This document shows positions 1-8,653 of a stretch of 26,235 bases of DNA, in pieces. Location: IMG/VR virus record IMGVR_UViG_3300030492_000018, positions 1 through 26,235 of that record; one strand, written 5' to 3'. Under the pieces are notes generated by a model. That model was not told the DNA's origin. It did no database searches and saw only the letters and a program-made list of their open reading frames with translations. Origin of the DNA: a virus (taxonomy: Duplodnaviria; Caudoviricetes). The number at the start of each line of letters is the position of its first letter. Position 1 is the first letter of the stretch. Both the position numbers and the translations under genes were made by a program.

Positions 1-397
1 GGAATGAATGGAAGATTACTGGACAGTACAATGAGCCATTCCCTAGGCTCCAATTGTATTCGTTGATATCTGCTGCCGCATCGTCCTGACGGTCAAGAAT
101 GTCTTGAAGAGCAGACGCCCAGCCCATGAAGTCATTGACGTTTGACTTGAGGCTATAAACGAAGGTAGCCTTCTTAAGTACGTGCAATCCATGGGTTACC
201 CTGAACGCTTGGGTGTAAACGAAGTATGGACGGTTAATCCACTTGGCATCACCTGAGGTTGAGTCATTGACGGGGAAGATTGGCATGATGTTTCCATAGT
301 TGTACTTCGTGATTTCTGTTGGGGACATTCTCTTCTTTAGTTCATCCCACAGATAACGGTTAACTACATGAATAGGTTCAATAGTTTCACTCAACAT
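1..397 (-). CDS. putative tail terminator / tail completion protein (3'-truncated by window edge)
   Basis: Not in the ORF track. Manual translation from ATG at 397 (overlapping the end of 387..1067) is open to the edge: MLSETIEPIHVVNRYLWDELKRR...PIFPV...RPYFVYTQ...LQDILDRQDDAAADINEY. Function inferred from its position after the head-tail genes. Confidence 0.6.
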   Translation of the reverse strand, partial: MLSETIEPIHVVNRYLWDELKKRMSPTEITKYNYGNIMPIFPVNDSTSGDAKWINRPYFVYTQAFRVTHGLHVLKKATFVYSLKSNVNDFMGWASALQDILDRQDDAAADINEYNWSLGNGSLYCPVIFHSF

Positions 398-1067
398 TTA
401 GGCCACCCTTAATTCGCATATACTCTCTACCGGCAATTAGTCCTGTTGCGTACCCGCCACCCTTTACCCCTGATGGGAAGTAGCGCTTGAATTCTTGTGG
501 AGTTGCCATGCTCCTGAAAATTGGAAGAATAACTTCTGACTTGGCATACCCTCGCAAGAATCCTTCTACCGTTTCCCTGAATGCTCCTGATACTTCTGGA
601 CCACCGGGATGCTCAATGAAAACCTCTGAACTCGTGAACACAGTTTCACCGTCAACGTCGAACGCAATGACACCGCTGTCCTTGGGAGTGATCGTGATGC
701 TGGCACCACTTTCCATGACCGACGCCTTGTTCTCAAAGGGAGGACCACCGGAAGGTGGGATGGAGGTCGATTGACGGAAGCTGCCGTCAAGCGTGATGTG
801 GGTTACCGTAGCAACCATATTGAAATCGAACAGCCTCGCACTAGGATCGCCTGCCTGTCCCCACTCATACATGTGGTGAAGACGTTCAGGTGACAAACTA
901 GCTTGAGAGTCAATGTAGCGCTCAAGCATAGTCTTGATGACTTCGCCCAACTTTGTGTTGAATGACAGACGCTCTTGCTCCACAGCCGCAACAAAACCCA
1001 TGCTGTACTGGACAGCACTCTCAAGCTTTGTTACTAGGTCTGTAAAGTTGAAGGTCACTGCTGTCAT
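387..1067 (-). CDS. neck / head-tail joining protein (putative)
   Basis: 226 aa, ATGA overlap with the upstream gene, motif LHHMYEWGQAGDPSARLF; lies in the head-tail module downstream of the capsid gene. Confidence 0.55.
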   Translation of the reverse strand: MTAVTFNFTDLVTKLESAVQYSMGFVAAVEQERLSFNTKLGEVIKTMLERYIDSQASLSPERLHHMYEWGQAGDPSARLFDFNMVATVTHITLDGSFRQSTSIPPSGGPPFENKASVMESGASITITPKDSGVIAFDVDGETVFTSSEVFIEHPGGPEVSGAFRETVEGFLRGYAKSEVILPIFRSMATPQEFKRYFPSGVKGGGYATGLIAGREYMRIKGGLNVE

Positions 1068-1510
1068 ACAAGAGCTTCCTGATTGTCGCTACGCATTAGC
1101 TGCGTCTTGTAATGTTCTGCACGTCCCCACATATTGATGAAAGGGCTGAGGCTACGAAGCTCATAAAGGATTGGTACTTGGTCGTCTTCTGCATCATTTG
1201 GTTCTGTGAATAGAAGCTTTCCTGCGTCCCCCGGCTTGTTCGTGCGAACATTTGTCACAAGAATTTCTGTTGTCATGTGCTGACTACCATCACTGGCAGA
1301 CTGAATGTCGTCCTTGAATCTTCCATACAGAACTGTAGGCAACGTAAAGAACTCATCGAATGTCTGGGTGGCATAACGCATCTCGGTGTTGAATGAACCA
1401 GTCTTGAGTTCACACTTCACCGTACGATCAAAGGTCCACGTATTCTTCATTTCACCCGAAGGCTTCTGAACCTGTTCTGCGTAATACACGTCTGCCAGCA
1501 TTGGGTACAT
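1064..1510 (-). CDS. head closure / stopper protein (putative)
   Basis: 148 aa, TAATG coupling with the adaptor gene; beta-rich, ADVYYA...GEMKNTW-type N-terminus; position after the adaptor. Confidence 0.55.
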   Translation of the reverse strand: MYPMLADVYYAEQVQKPSGEMKNTWTFDRTVKCELKTGSFNTEMRYATQTFDEFFTLPTVLYGRFKDDIQSASDGSQHMTTEILVTNVRTNKPGDAGKLLFTEPNDAEDDQVPILYELRSLSPFINMWGRAEHYKTQLMRSDNQEALV

Positions 1511-2373
1511 TACAGGAGTCCTGCCCTAACGGTGTAATCCCTGAACTTCTTCAATAGCTGATCTACTGTCTTGTTTCCTGTACCCCCGAAAACTCGTGCG
1601 GAATACTTTACCTTGTACTGGTCTGTGTCGTACTCGCTGATGTATCGCTTTAGATACTCATCTTCGTCACCAACGTCAGCGGCGAGTAAAGCTGCTGCCT
1701 GCATGACCTCATTGGGCACAACAAGATATCCTGATTCATATTCGACAACATAGTCTGATCCCTGTGGGAATGCTCCACCGCTGCCATTGAATCCACCGAA
1801 TGAATCTGACCCTGCGTAGGTAACCTTGATTGGCTTGCCAGAATCAAAGCTGTCTTCTCCAACCAATACGACAGATGATCTGTCCTTGGATACTGCGAAT
1901 GACTTTGTGTTCTCTACATTTCCGTTTGTGAAGACAAGCTCACCGTTCTCCCAAACTCGTGTGAGCTTATTGATCCTACTTGGGATAGGAAGATAATCGG
2001 ACCCACTCCCCTCAGTTTCAAATGTGGCTAGTGTGTAATAGAATCCATTTGTCGTAGAATCAATGATTGCACGACTAATAGACTCAACTCTCTTCTCTTC
2101 TTCTGTTACTGGAAGTGCACCATAGGGACGAATGACAAATAGTGGCTCAATGAGTACCGTTTCTCCTGCGTCCGTGACTTCTAGAACATAGTCAGCGTCA
2201 TACCTTATACTTGGGGAATGAAAGCTCAGAATGCCATCACTGTCCGAAGTAGCGGTTCCAGTGGATAGCTCTTCACCGAACTCATCGCTAATCACCCAAT
2301 CGTATTCGTGATCCACAACAGGAACAGCGATTGTCCTGAATGGTGGAAATGGTGGCACCCTGTAAATGATCAT
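1510..2373 (-). CDS. head-tail adaptor (connector) protein
   Basis: 287 aa; C-terminal V-EY-SGY-VVPNEV-QAA-LLA and TGNKTVDQLL motifs typical of gp6/gp15-like adaptors; ATGA overlap. Confidence 0.7.
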   Translation of the reverse strand: MIIYRVPPFPPFRTIAVPVVDHEYDWVISDEFGEELSTGTATSDSDGILSFHSPSIRYDADYVLEVTDAGETVLIEPLFVIRPYGALPVTEEEKRVESISRAIIDSTTNGFYYTLATFETEGSGSDYLPIPSRINKLTRVWENGELVFTNGNVENTKSFAVSKDRSSVVLVGEDSFDSGKPIKVTYAGSDSFGGFNGSGGAFPQGSDYVVEYESGYLVVPNEVMQAAALLAADVGDEDEYLKRYISEYDTDQYKVKYSARVFGGTGNKTVDQLLKKFRDYTVRAGLL

Positions 2374-2666
2374 ACTCCGTAGAATTCCTTTACTTCCTCA
2401 ACGGTTGCTTCACGGACCTTCTTAAGTGTTAGCCACTTAGCTGCCGCTTCCTTGGAGACAACGGTGAATCCGTACTTGATTTCTCCAACACCGGGGAATG
2501 TGATGTTCCCTGCGGAATAGAGCAGTGCCTTGTCAGACTCTACTGGCTTTGGGGCAACCTTTCTAGGCTTCTTTGGGGACTTGGTGGTAATTCCAGTACG
2601 TCCCATAACGATTGCACCTTCTCCATCTTCATGTGGAGCAGTCTCTTCAATAGTTTCATTAGTCAT
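2370..2666 (-). CDS. hypothetical protein downstream of major capsid gene
   Basis: Start reassigned to ATG 2666 (MTNETIEE) because of the strong SD GAAGGAGG; 98 aa. Confidence 0.7.
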   Translation of the reverse strand: MTNETIEETAPHEDGEGAIVMGRTGITTKSPKKPRKVAPKPVESDKALLYSAGNITFPGVGEIKYGFTVVSKEAAAKWLTLKKVREATVEEVKEFYGV

Positions 2667-2683
2667 AAATCCTCCTTCGATAC

Positions 2684-2692
2684 ATTGTACCA
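2684..2692 (-). promoter_or_regulatory. extended -10 promoter TGGTACAAT
   Basis: TGn-TACAAT directly after the capsid terminator and just before the SD of 2666. Confidence 0.6.
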
Positions 2693-2700
2693 GAATACGC

Positions 2701-2730
2701 GAAAGGGGGCAGGTTTCCCTACCCCCTTCC
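2701..2730 (-). terminator. intrinsic terminator hairpin after major capsid gene
   Basis: GGAAGGGGGTAGG-GAAA-CCTGCCCCCTTTC; GNRA loop; 13 nt after the stop codon; weak U-tract. Confidence 0.75.
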
Positions 2731-2743
2731 AACAGCTTATCTA

Positions 2744-3808
2744 TCAGATATCTGCGGCTGCATCAGCAAATGCTAGTGCGTCAAGCTCTTCCCAAGCGAG
2801 TCCGAAACGTACGTATACGGTGTACTCGATTGTGTCCTTCTTGTTACGGTACTCACGAAGTACCTGCACGTCGCGCTGGAATCCCCACACGCGGTTCTGT
2901 GGGAATGTTAGTTCAATACGTCCTTCTGGGAAGTAAGGAACCTCAGCAAGACTTACGCCAAGTACACGAGTAGTCTTGAGACCACCGATAACCTGACCCA
3001 CACCATCAAGGTATGTCTGCTTGTTGCCGTCAGTCCAAACTGCATTGGCAAGTGTACCGTTGTTCTTCACAACGTCTGCAAATGTGTTTGTTCCTGCGTA
3101 GAACTTCAAACCACTCTTCAATGCACGGTACTTACGTGGCATTGTGTTGATGATCTGCTGGATGACCTCTGGGGTCCATGCTCCACCAGCAACAGTAACG
3201 GCTGTCTCGTGAGAGCCAGAGCCTGCTGCGTCTGCCTGAGCAATGAATCCCGGCATGATCTTTAGGAACTTGTCAGCACCGGTACCAAGACCGTTGATTG
3301 CCAAGTCTTCGATATCGTTAGCAAGAGCGGCTGTCATATTGCGAACAATACGATCCTCAAGTGCGTCCTTCTCGATGTTGTCTTCTAGAGTCTCACGAGC
3401 GATTTCCCAGTCAAGACGAATCTTCTTTGTGGTAATTTCGATCTTTGTGAACTCTGCACCTGCGTTTTCGTATGTGCCGTCAGCCTGATTTGCCTGACGA
3501 ATCACGCGCTCACCTACGTTGAGCTTTTCGATTTCTGCGGTGTTAGCGTTCATTGTAAGGTGACGACCATCCTTTGCAAGATATGTTGCGTCCCAAATGT
3601 AGTCAATGAACTGCTTTGACTGGTCTGGCTGTAGGATTCCTCCACCAGCGATACCAGATGGATTAACGGCGTTCGCACCTGCGGTGCTACCGAAGTAGCC
3701 TCCTGCTACGTTACCCACTGATCCTGCGGCTGGGGATGTTACTCCACCAATACCACCGGCAGCGAATACACCAGCTTCTGCGGCCTTTGTAAGAACTTCC
3801 TCTGACAT
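2744..3808 (-). CDS. major capsid protein (HK97 fold)
   Basis: Start reassigned to ATG 3808 (MSEEVLTKAAEAG) after SD CAGGAGGT; 354 aa; GGILQPDQSKQFIDY, KIRLDWEI..ETLEDNIE and NDIEDLAING motifs. Confidence 0.92.
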   Translation of the reverse strand: MSEEVLTKAAEAGVFAAGGIGGVTSPAAGSVGNVAGGYFGSTAGANAVNPSGIAGGGILQPDQSKQFIDYIWDATYLAKDGRHLTMNANTAEIEKLNVGERVIRQANQADGTYENAGAEFTKIEITTKKIRLDWEIARETLEDNIEKDALEDRIVRNMTAALANDIEDLAINGLGTGADKFLKIMPGFIAQADAAGSGSHETAVTVAGGAWTPEVIQQIINTMPRKYRALKSGLKFYAGTNTFADVVKNNGTLANAVWTDGNKQTYLDGVGQVIGGLKTTRVLGVSLAEVPYFPEGRIELTFPQNRVWGFQRDVQVLREYRNKKDTIEYTVYVRFGLAWEELDALAFADAAADI

Positions 3809-3837
3809 TTTCACCTCCTGAAAATTATGTATATCTG

Positions 3838-4359
3838 TCAGTTGTAATAGGCGGTGTCGAGGAAACTCCCACCCCACTTGCTAGTAGCAGCTTGTGGCTG
3901 CTCCGTACGCTGCTCGCCAAGATCAGCGGACTTACGGAATGCGGTTGTGCCTTCCACGGCAGCAACACGTTCTCCGAAAACTTCTGTGTCAGACTTTACG
4001 GCGCTGACTCCTGCCTTTGTCTCGTCAAGATCGGATGCCATCTTAGCGATAGCCTCTGAGTTTGATTGGGTGTTGGCACCAAGAGACTTAAGCATCTCCA
4101 CCATCGGTACCAAAGCCTCGGTGAGACCCTTGAGCATGTTCTGAATGTCTGTGAATTGCTTTTCAACAATTACTTCAACAGGTTCCGTGACGGCTTCCTC
4201 TGCCTTCTCGACAACCTCTTCTACAACGGTGGACTCTTCTACAGGAGCCTCAACAACAACCTCTTCGGCTGGTGCTTCAACTACTGCTTCCTCTACTACG
4301 ACTGCATCAGCGGCCTTTTCGATTACTTCCTCCACGATTGTTACGTCAGTATCTTCCAT
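3838..4359 (-). CDS. nested in-frame scaffolding protein (internal start)
   Basis: SD AAGGAGGT 7 nt before the in-frame ATG at 4359 (MEDTDVTIVEEV...); 173 aa, acidic/coiled. Confidence 0.65.
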   Translation of the reverse strand: MEDTDVTIVEEVIEKAADAVVVEEAVVEAPAEEVVVEAPVEESTVVEEVVEKAEEAVTEPVEVIVEKQFTDIQNMLKGLTEALVPMVEMLKSLGANTQSNSEAIAKMASDLDETKAGVSAVKSDTEVFGERVAAVEGTTAFRKSADLGEQRTEQPQAATSKWGGSFLDTAYYN

Positions 4360-5310
4360 GTTCTCAACCTCCTTTTCCTTTGTCTTTGTCAAAGAAGAAA
4401 TATTCTTGACAATACGACGGTTTACCGAAACCATTGTATCATCCTTTTCAACAAAAACCTGAATAACGGCAACTGGGTCAATTTCGGTAGCTGTTAGTAG
4501 TTCATCACTACTGTCCAACTTAACCTGACCCTTTGTCAAAATGGAATCAATGTGGCCGATGCCCTCATCGAAATCTACGTTGTCTCCAATAGTAGGAGCG
4601 TTCTTTGCATTAGCCAAAAGACTCTTTGCTACAGTCATTCTATCAGCGTCATTGGATTCAACGAATCCGATGTTCTGCATAGGAGTTGAGCAGTTGAAGC
4701 ATGACGTGGTTGGAGAAGAAGTGATCTGCAATGTATTGTCTGCCTTGCACCAGAATACGTTCTCTGGGGCAGTCTTGGAAAGGTATCCACCATCAGCGTT
4801 CTTCTCAATGGAGATAATGCTTGCCAACTGGTTAGCAGGGTTGTCAACTAGGGATAGTTCATTAAGGAAGTAATCAGCGATTACCCTATAGATGCCCTTC
4901 TCTACGATCCTGTCGTATACCTCGGTTACTACGCCACCAATGGAGAAGCCAGTAAGAGTTCCGTCAAGGCACTTCTGCCACGTATCTTCTGCCCCCTTGG
5001 AAACGTACACGGAGACCCAGATACCGTTGTACACAGTATCGGTGTTTGGATCGTAATAGCGTTCGGGACGGAATGACATCATCTTGCCGACTGCCTTTAG
5101 CGAGTCGTGCATTTCTCTGATGTTTCCACGGAACTTATCGAAAGCCCTAATTGAAGACTCTAACGGAACAATGTCACCTTGGAGGTCGATGTTGTCAAGG
5201 GTTGCGAACCCGTGAACCATACGCTTATCAACATCCATCTTGGAGATTGGTACGGAGAATTGAATCCTGCCGTCAACAATCGATCCTGAGGTCTCATTGA
5301 ATTTCATCAT
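3838..5310 (-). CDS. prohead (capsid maturation) protease with C-terminal scaffold region
   Basis: HK97-type protease motifs VHGFATLDNIDLQGD, IREMH, GFSIGG, ELSLVDNPAN; then a Cys cluster, a beta-barrel insert and an acidic E/V-rich coiled region; located between portal and capsid. Confidence 0.9.
   Translation of the reverse strand: MMKFNETSGSIVDGRIQFSVPISKMDVDKRMVHGFATLDNIDLQGDIVPLESSIRAFDKFRGNIREMHDSLKAVGKMMSFRPERYYDPNTDTVYNGIWVSVYVSKGAEDTWQKCLDGTLTGFSIGGVVTEVYDRIVEKGIYRVIADYFLNELSLVDNPANQLASIISIEKNADGGYLSKTAPENVFWCKADNTLQITSSPTTSCFNCSTPMQNIGFVESNDADRMTVAKSLLANAKNAPTIGDNVDFDEGIGHIDSILTKGQVKLDSSDELLTATEIDPVAVIQVFVEKDDTMVSVNRRIVKNISSLTKTKEKEVENMEDTDVTIVEEVIEKAADAVVVEEAVVEAPAEEVVVEAPVEESTVVEEVVEKAEEAVTEPVEVIVEKQFTDIQNMLKGLTEALVPMVEMLKSLGANTQSNSEAIAKMASDLDETKAGVSAVKSDTEVFGERVAAVEGTTAFRKSADLGEQRTEQPQAATSKWGGSFLDTAYYN
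4433..4441 (-). promoter_or_regulatory. intragenic extended -10 promoter TGATACAAT
   Basis: Identical to the motif at 18334-18342; about 75 nt upstream of the nested scaffold start. Confidence 0.5.
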
Positions 5311-5320
5311 GTTAGTCCTA

Positions 5321-5326
5321 ATTATA
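5321..5326 (-). promoter_or_regulatory. -10 element TATAAT for protease gene
   Basis: Perfect TATAAT in the 24-nt intergenic gap, 10 nt before the ATG. Confidence 0.55.
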
Positions 5327-5334
5327 CACTATCT

Positions 5335-7020
5335 TTAAGCACTTTTACCATCTTGCTTTGCGCCACTACCCTTTGGGTTCCTGCCCGTAGAAGTAGTTGG
5401 TGAATCCGAAGCATTCTGGGAAGCGTTCTGGTCCTTCTTGTCATTACTTATGGCGTCATGCTTGGCCTTTGCATCTGCCTGCATCTTCATATCATTCTGC
5501 TGAGCAGTAGCGTCAAGCTGCATTTGCATTTGTTCCTTGGCCTGATCAGCCTTTTCAGTATCAAGACCATCAATCTGTGGCTTACCAAGTTCCTGACGAA
5601 CCTCATTAGGCTTGACAACTCCATTAACAAGGTACTTCTCGTGAATGTTGGCCTGTGCTGTTTCGTCAACAATGGATGCCTCGTTGAACTTTACCTCAAC
5701 AAGCTGGCTTGCTTCCCTGATGAATCTAGAAACAATCTTCTCTAGGTAACGCTGCAATGGACGCACAACATTGTCACGGAATGTTCTATCCTGTGTCACT
5801 GCTGCGGCAACACCGCTACCCTCGCCAACACCAAGCTTGGACAATGGAACCTGATGCGCCAACAGAATGTTCTCACGGTTGGACTTACGGTACGTGTCGA
5901 ATGATGCATCCTGAATCTTGTTCTCTACAGGCTCCATCTTAAATTCAACCTTGTTACCTTCTGAGTCAGGAGGCAATGGCACGTAAAGCGTACGGTGGTT
6001 CTGTCCCTTAAGGTTAGTCTGCAAGAACCTGAACAGCTTGTCTTCTGATTCTGGACTTAGCTTTGCACCCTTTAGGGTAATGATGTAGCGAGGTACCGCC
6101 TTGTTTTCGAAGTATTCAAGGTTGTACTGCTCTGCCTGCTGGTCTCCAACCACTGACGTTGCCGCCGACACAATGTCTGGCACACCGTAATAGGTGTTCA
6201 GTGGTGAGTACATCATAAAGTGGATTATTTCATTGGGCTTAGGGTCAAGTCCAAGAGGGTCAGGATTCTTGGCACCGAAGTTTCGGAAATAGACAACCTT
6301 TTGTCCAATGATCTGAACGTAACCATCCTTGAGACGACGTACTCTAATGGATGTGGAAGGAATATGACCAACATATGCAATGCGTCCTGCCGTAGTCCTA
6401 CCAATTTCGAGATAACCGTTTCCTGTTGCCTCATAGTCTGTCACTACCTTCTTCATGGTGTCGGTGAATCCGTCTTGGTCATTGAGACCTTCAATCCAGT
6501 CGGTAACGTCAACCTTTACCTTATCAAGCTTCTTACCGGCGGCATCCTGCTTTTCGCTGTCCTTGTTCTGTAGACTTTGTAGCGCCTTGCGCGTAAGGTT
6601 AAGGGTATAGCCCATGCCAACGGAAGCTGTTACCTTGGAGATAATAGCGGAGTGGTTGGAGAAAGATGTGTCGAAGAATCCGCTCAATACGTATAGGTTG
6701 TAGGGTGGATTGATAACATCGAAGGCACCATATCCATTGACATAGTTTACCTTGCCGGGATTGATCTGCTTTGACTCTGCCCCGGTTCCCTGAGGATTCA
6801 TTCCTGATTGACGTTCGTACTCTTCGGTTACTGGCTGTCCAAGAGCCTTACGTGTAGTTCTACGAACGAAGTTCTTGTCAAGTCCATTGAGGGACTTTAG
6901 TGTATCCCAAGACTTATCGAATGGGTCCATATTGTCATAAGGACTGACCTTGTAATCTACTGGTCCACTCTTGACAAATACTGGCTGCTCCCAAGTAGGA
7001 GTGTCGTCATCTTCGTTCAT
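5335..7020 (-). CDS. portal protein
   Basis: DYEATGNGYLEIGR, NEIIHF..YSPLNTYYGVPD, YFENKAVPRYII, GVVKPNEVRQELG; start reassigned to ATG 7020 (MNEDDD) after AAGGA. Confidence 0.93.
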   Translation of the reverse strand: MNEDDDTPTWEQPVFVKSGPVDYKVSPYDNMDPFDKSWDTLKSLNGLDKNFVRRTTRKALGQPVTEEYERQSGMNPQGTGAESKQINPGKVNYVNGYGAFDVINPPYNLYVLSGFFDTSFSNHSAIISKVTASVGMGYTLNLTRKALQSLQNKDSEKQDAAGKKLDKVKVDVTDWIEGLNDQDGFTDTMKKVVTDYEATGNGYLEIGRTTAGRIAYVGHIPSTSIRVRRLKDGYVQIIGQKVVYFRNFGAKNPDPLGLDPKPNEIIHFMMYSPLNTYYGVPDIVSAATSVVGDQQAEQYNLEYFENKAVPRYIITLKGAKLSPESEDKLFRFLQTNLKGQNHRTLYVPLPPDSEGNKVEFKMEPVENKIQDASFDTYRKSNRENILLAHQVPLSKLGVGEGSGVAAAVTQDRTFRDNVVRPLQRYLEKIVSRFIREASQLVEVKFNEASIVDETAQANIHEKYLVNGVVKPNEVRQELGKPQIDGLDTEKADQAKEQMQMQLDATAQQNDMKMQADAKAKHDAISNDKKDQNASQNASDSPTTSTGRNPKGSGAKQDGKSA

Positions 7021-7357
7021 TCTTGAGTCCTTGCTGTGCTGCGTGGACAGCACCTAGGTCATTCAAAAGGACTTCCCCATTGAGGAACCTTTCCTTTTGT
7101 TCCGAATACTCGTCGTCGGTTGCACGCTTAAGACCGGGCTGGAACCAAGGCTTACCATCTGGCTGTCCGTAATGTGCGGCTGCACGCTTGATCTTTCCGA
7201 TAGCTTCAAAGTCAAACTTTGAGTCTGCCTGCACATTTAATAGGTTACCGTTGCCGTCACCAAATAGGTGTCCACTTGGGAGTCTCCAAAAGAAAAGTCC
7301 CCAATCATACATCTTGGGAACTACTGTCGTCTTATGCTTACCGTTAATACCATCCAT
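7007..7357 (-). CDS. hypothetical protein immediately upstream of portal
   Basis: 116 aa, leaderless start, overlaps the portal start. Confidence 0.75.
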   Translation of the reverse strand: MDGINGKHKTTVVPKMYDWGLFFWRLPSGHLFGDGNGNLLNVQADSKFDFEAIGKIKRAAAHYGQPDGKPWFQPGLKRATDDEYSEQKERFLNGEVLLNDLGAVHAAQQGLKNERR

Positions 7358-7364
7358 GTACCAT

Positions 7365-7373
7365 ATTGTAGCA
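7365..7373 (-). promoter_or_regulatory. extended -10 TGCTACAAT, leaderless
   Basis: 7 nt before ATG 7357; no SD present. Confidence 0.65.
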
Positions 7374-7375
7374 CA

Positions 7376-8653
7376 TTAGGCCGAATATGAACCAAGTGTT
7401 GACCATGTTGGTGTGCTTACAACAACTCTTTCCTCCAACACATCAGCAATATCCTTGGAGCTAATTGAAACTCCACTATCGATAATGTATAGAGACTTCG
7501 TTTCTGCACCCTCATCTTCACCCACAACGTACCTGTTTGAACCGATTGTTCCAAGATACTGAGCACCAATGTCCATTGATGGAACCTTGCCAGACAATGT
7601 AAGGACTCCCTGCCAAGTATCTGTTGCCCAAGCTGCCCACTCAATACCTGCGGGGAATTCTGGACTTGCTGCTACCTGCGCCCACGTACGGAAGTTCAAT
7701 AGCTTCTCAAGGGAATCTCCACCATACATGATCACGTTCTTTGCCATGATGCCAGTACCAAGAATTAGTTCTGGGTAGAATGCGCTTGATGCAATCGGTG
7801 TATCTAGGGCGATACCTACGGAGGTCCATACCCCCTTGAACAACGTTGGTGTTCTTACAACTCTACCGTCCTGATACATAAGGAACTCTGACTCAATTGT
7901 GGAGTCGCCTGTTGCGAAGGTAGCCCTATCGCCTGATGACTGGATTGCGAATGATGCGGACTGCTCGCCAGCACCAATAATGATCTGACTATCTCCACCC
8001 TCATACTTGAGCCATACCTGCACACCCATGAATGTTGGCATCTTTCTGCCAAAGATGGATACGCTGCCGTCGAGCATTGTGATACCCGAATCTGCTGCCA
8101 ACGCAAGAATAGCCCCATCGGAATTACCCATTCGGTAAGGAGACGACCCCACCCTAGAGTAGTATTGCCCAACCTTGGCATATGGCTCAGCACTAAGAAC
8201 TCCCTTTGTTCCGAGAGCATGAAAAGTATCGTCGCTATGGTTTACGGAAACAAGTCTCACTGATGGGACTATCTTGGAAAGATCGGCATCTTGCATAACA
8301 ACTACGTGAATGTCTGCAATATATAGATGTGGGTACTTGAAGGTGGTCTTGATTACTGTACCGTTCTGTACTCGGTATACCTTATCCGTACCGCTCACTT
8401 CAATGAGGTCAAGGTTTATTGGCTCTGGGGCAACAGCGAATGGGTATTGGATACCACCTTCGGTAACCCTTCTGAATGACACATATGTAGAAACATGTGC
8501 CGAAGTATTGTTTACAACAACTTGGAAAAAGTCCAAAGAGCTTACATCTCTACCTCCACGATCAATCGCCACATTGGCAATTGACGAAAGTGGTACCGAT
8601 CCTAGGAGATAGGTTTCTGTGAGAGTAACTGTCCTGTCTAGAAAACTAGTCAA
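7376..8653 (-). CDS. virion structural protein (LamG/ConA-like, putative minor tail)
   Basis: 425 aa, beta-rich, MYQDGRVV..GVWTSVGI LamG-like segment; TTG start is uncertain. Confidence 0.55.
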   Translation of the reverse strand: MTSFLDRTVTLTETYLLGSVPLSSIANVAIDRGGRDVSSLDFFQVVVNNTSAHVSTYVSFRRVTEGGIQYPFAVAPEPINLDLIEVSGTDKVYRVQNGTVIKTTFKYPHLYIADIHVVVMQDADLSKIVPSVRLVSVNHSDDTFHALGTKGVLSAEPYAKVGQYYSRVGSSPYRMGNSDGAILALAADSGITMLDGSVSIFGRKMPTFMGVQVWLKYEGGDSQIIIGAGEQSASFAIQSSGDRATFATGDSTIESEFLMYQDGRVVRTPTLFKGVWTSVGIALDTPIASSAFYPELILGTGIMAKNVIMYGGDSLEKLLNFRTWAQVAASPEFPAGIEWAAWATDTWQGVLTLSGKVPSMDIGAQYLGTIGSNRYVVGEDEGAETKSLYIIDSGVSISSKDIADVLEERVVVSTPTWSTLGSYSA

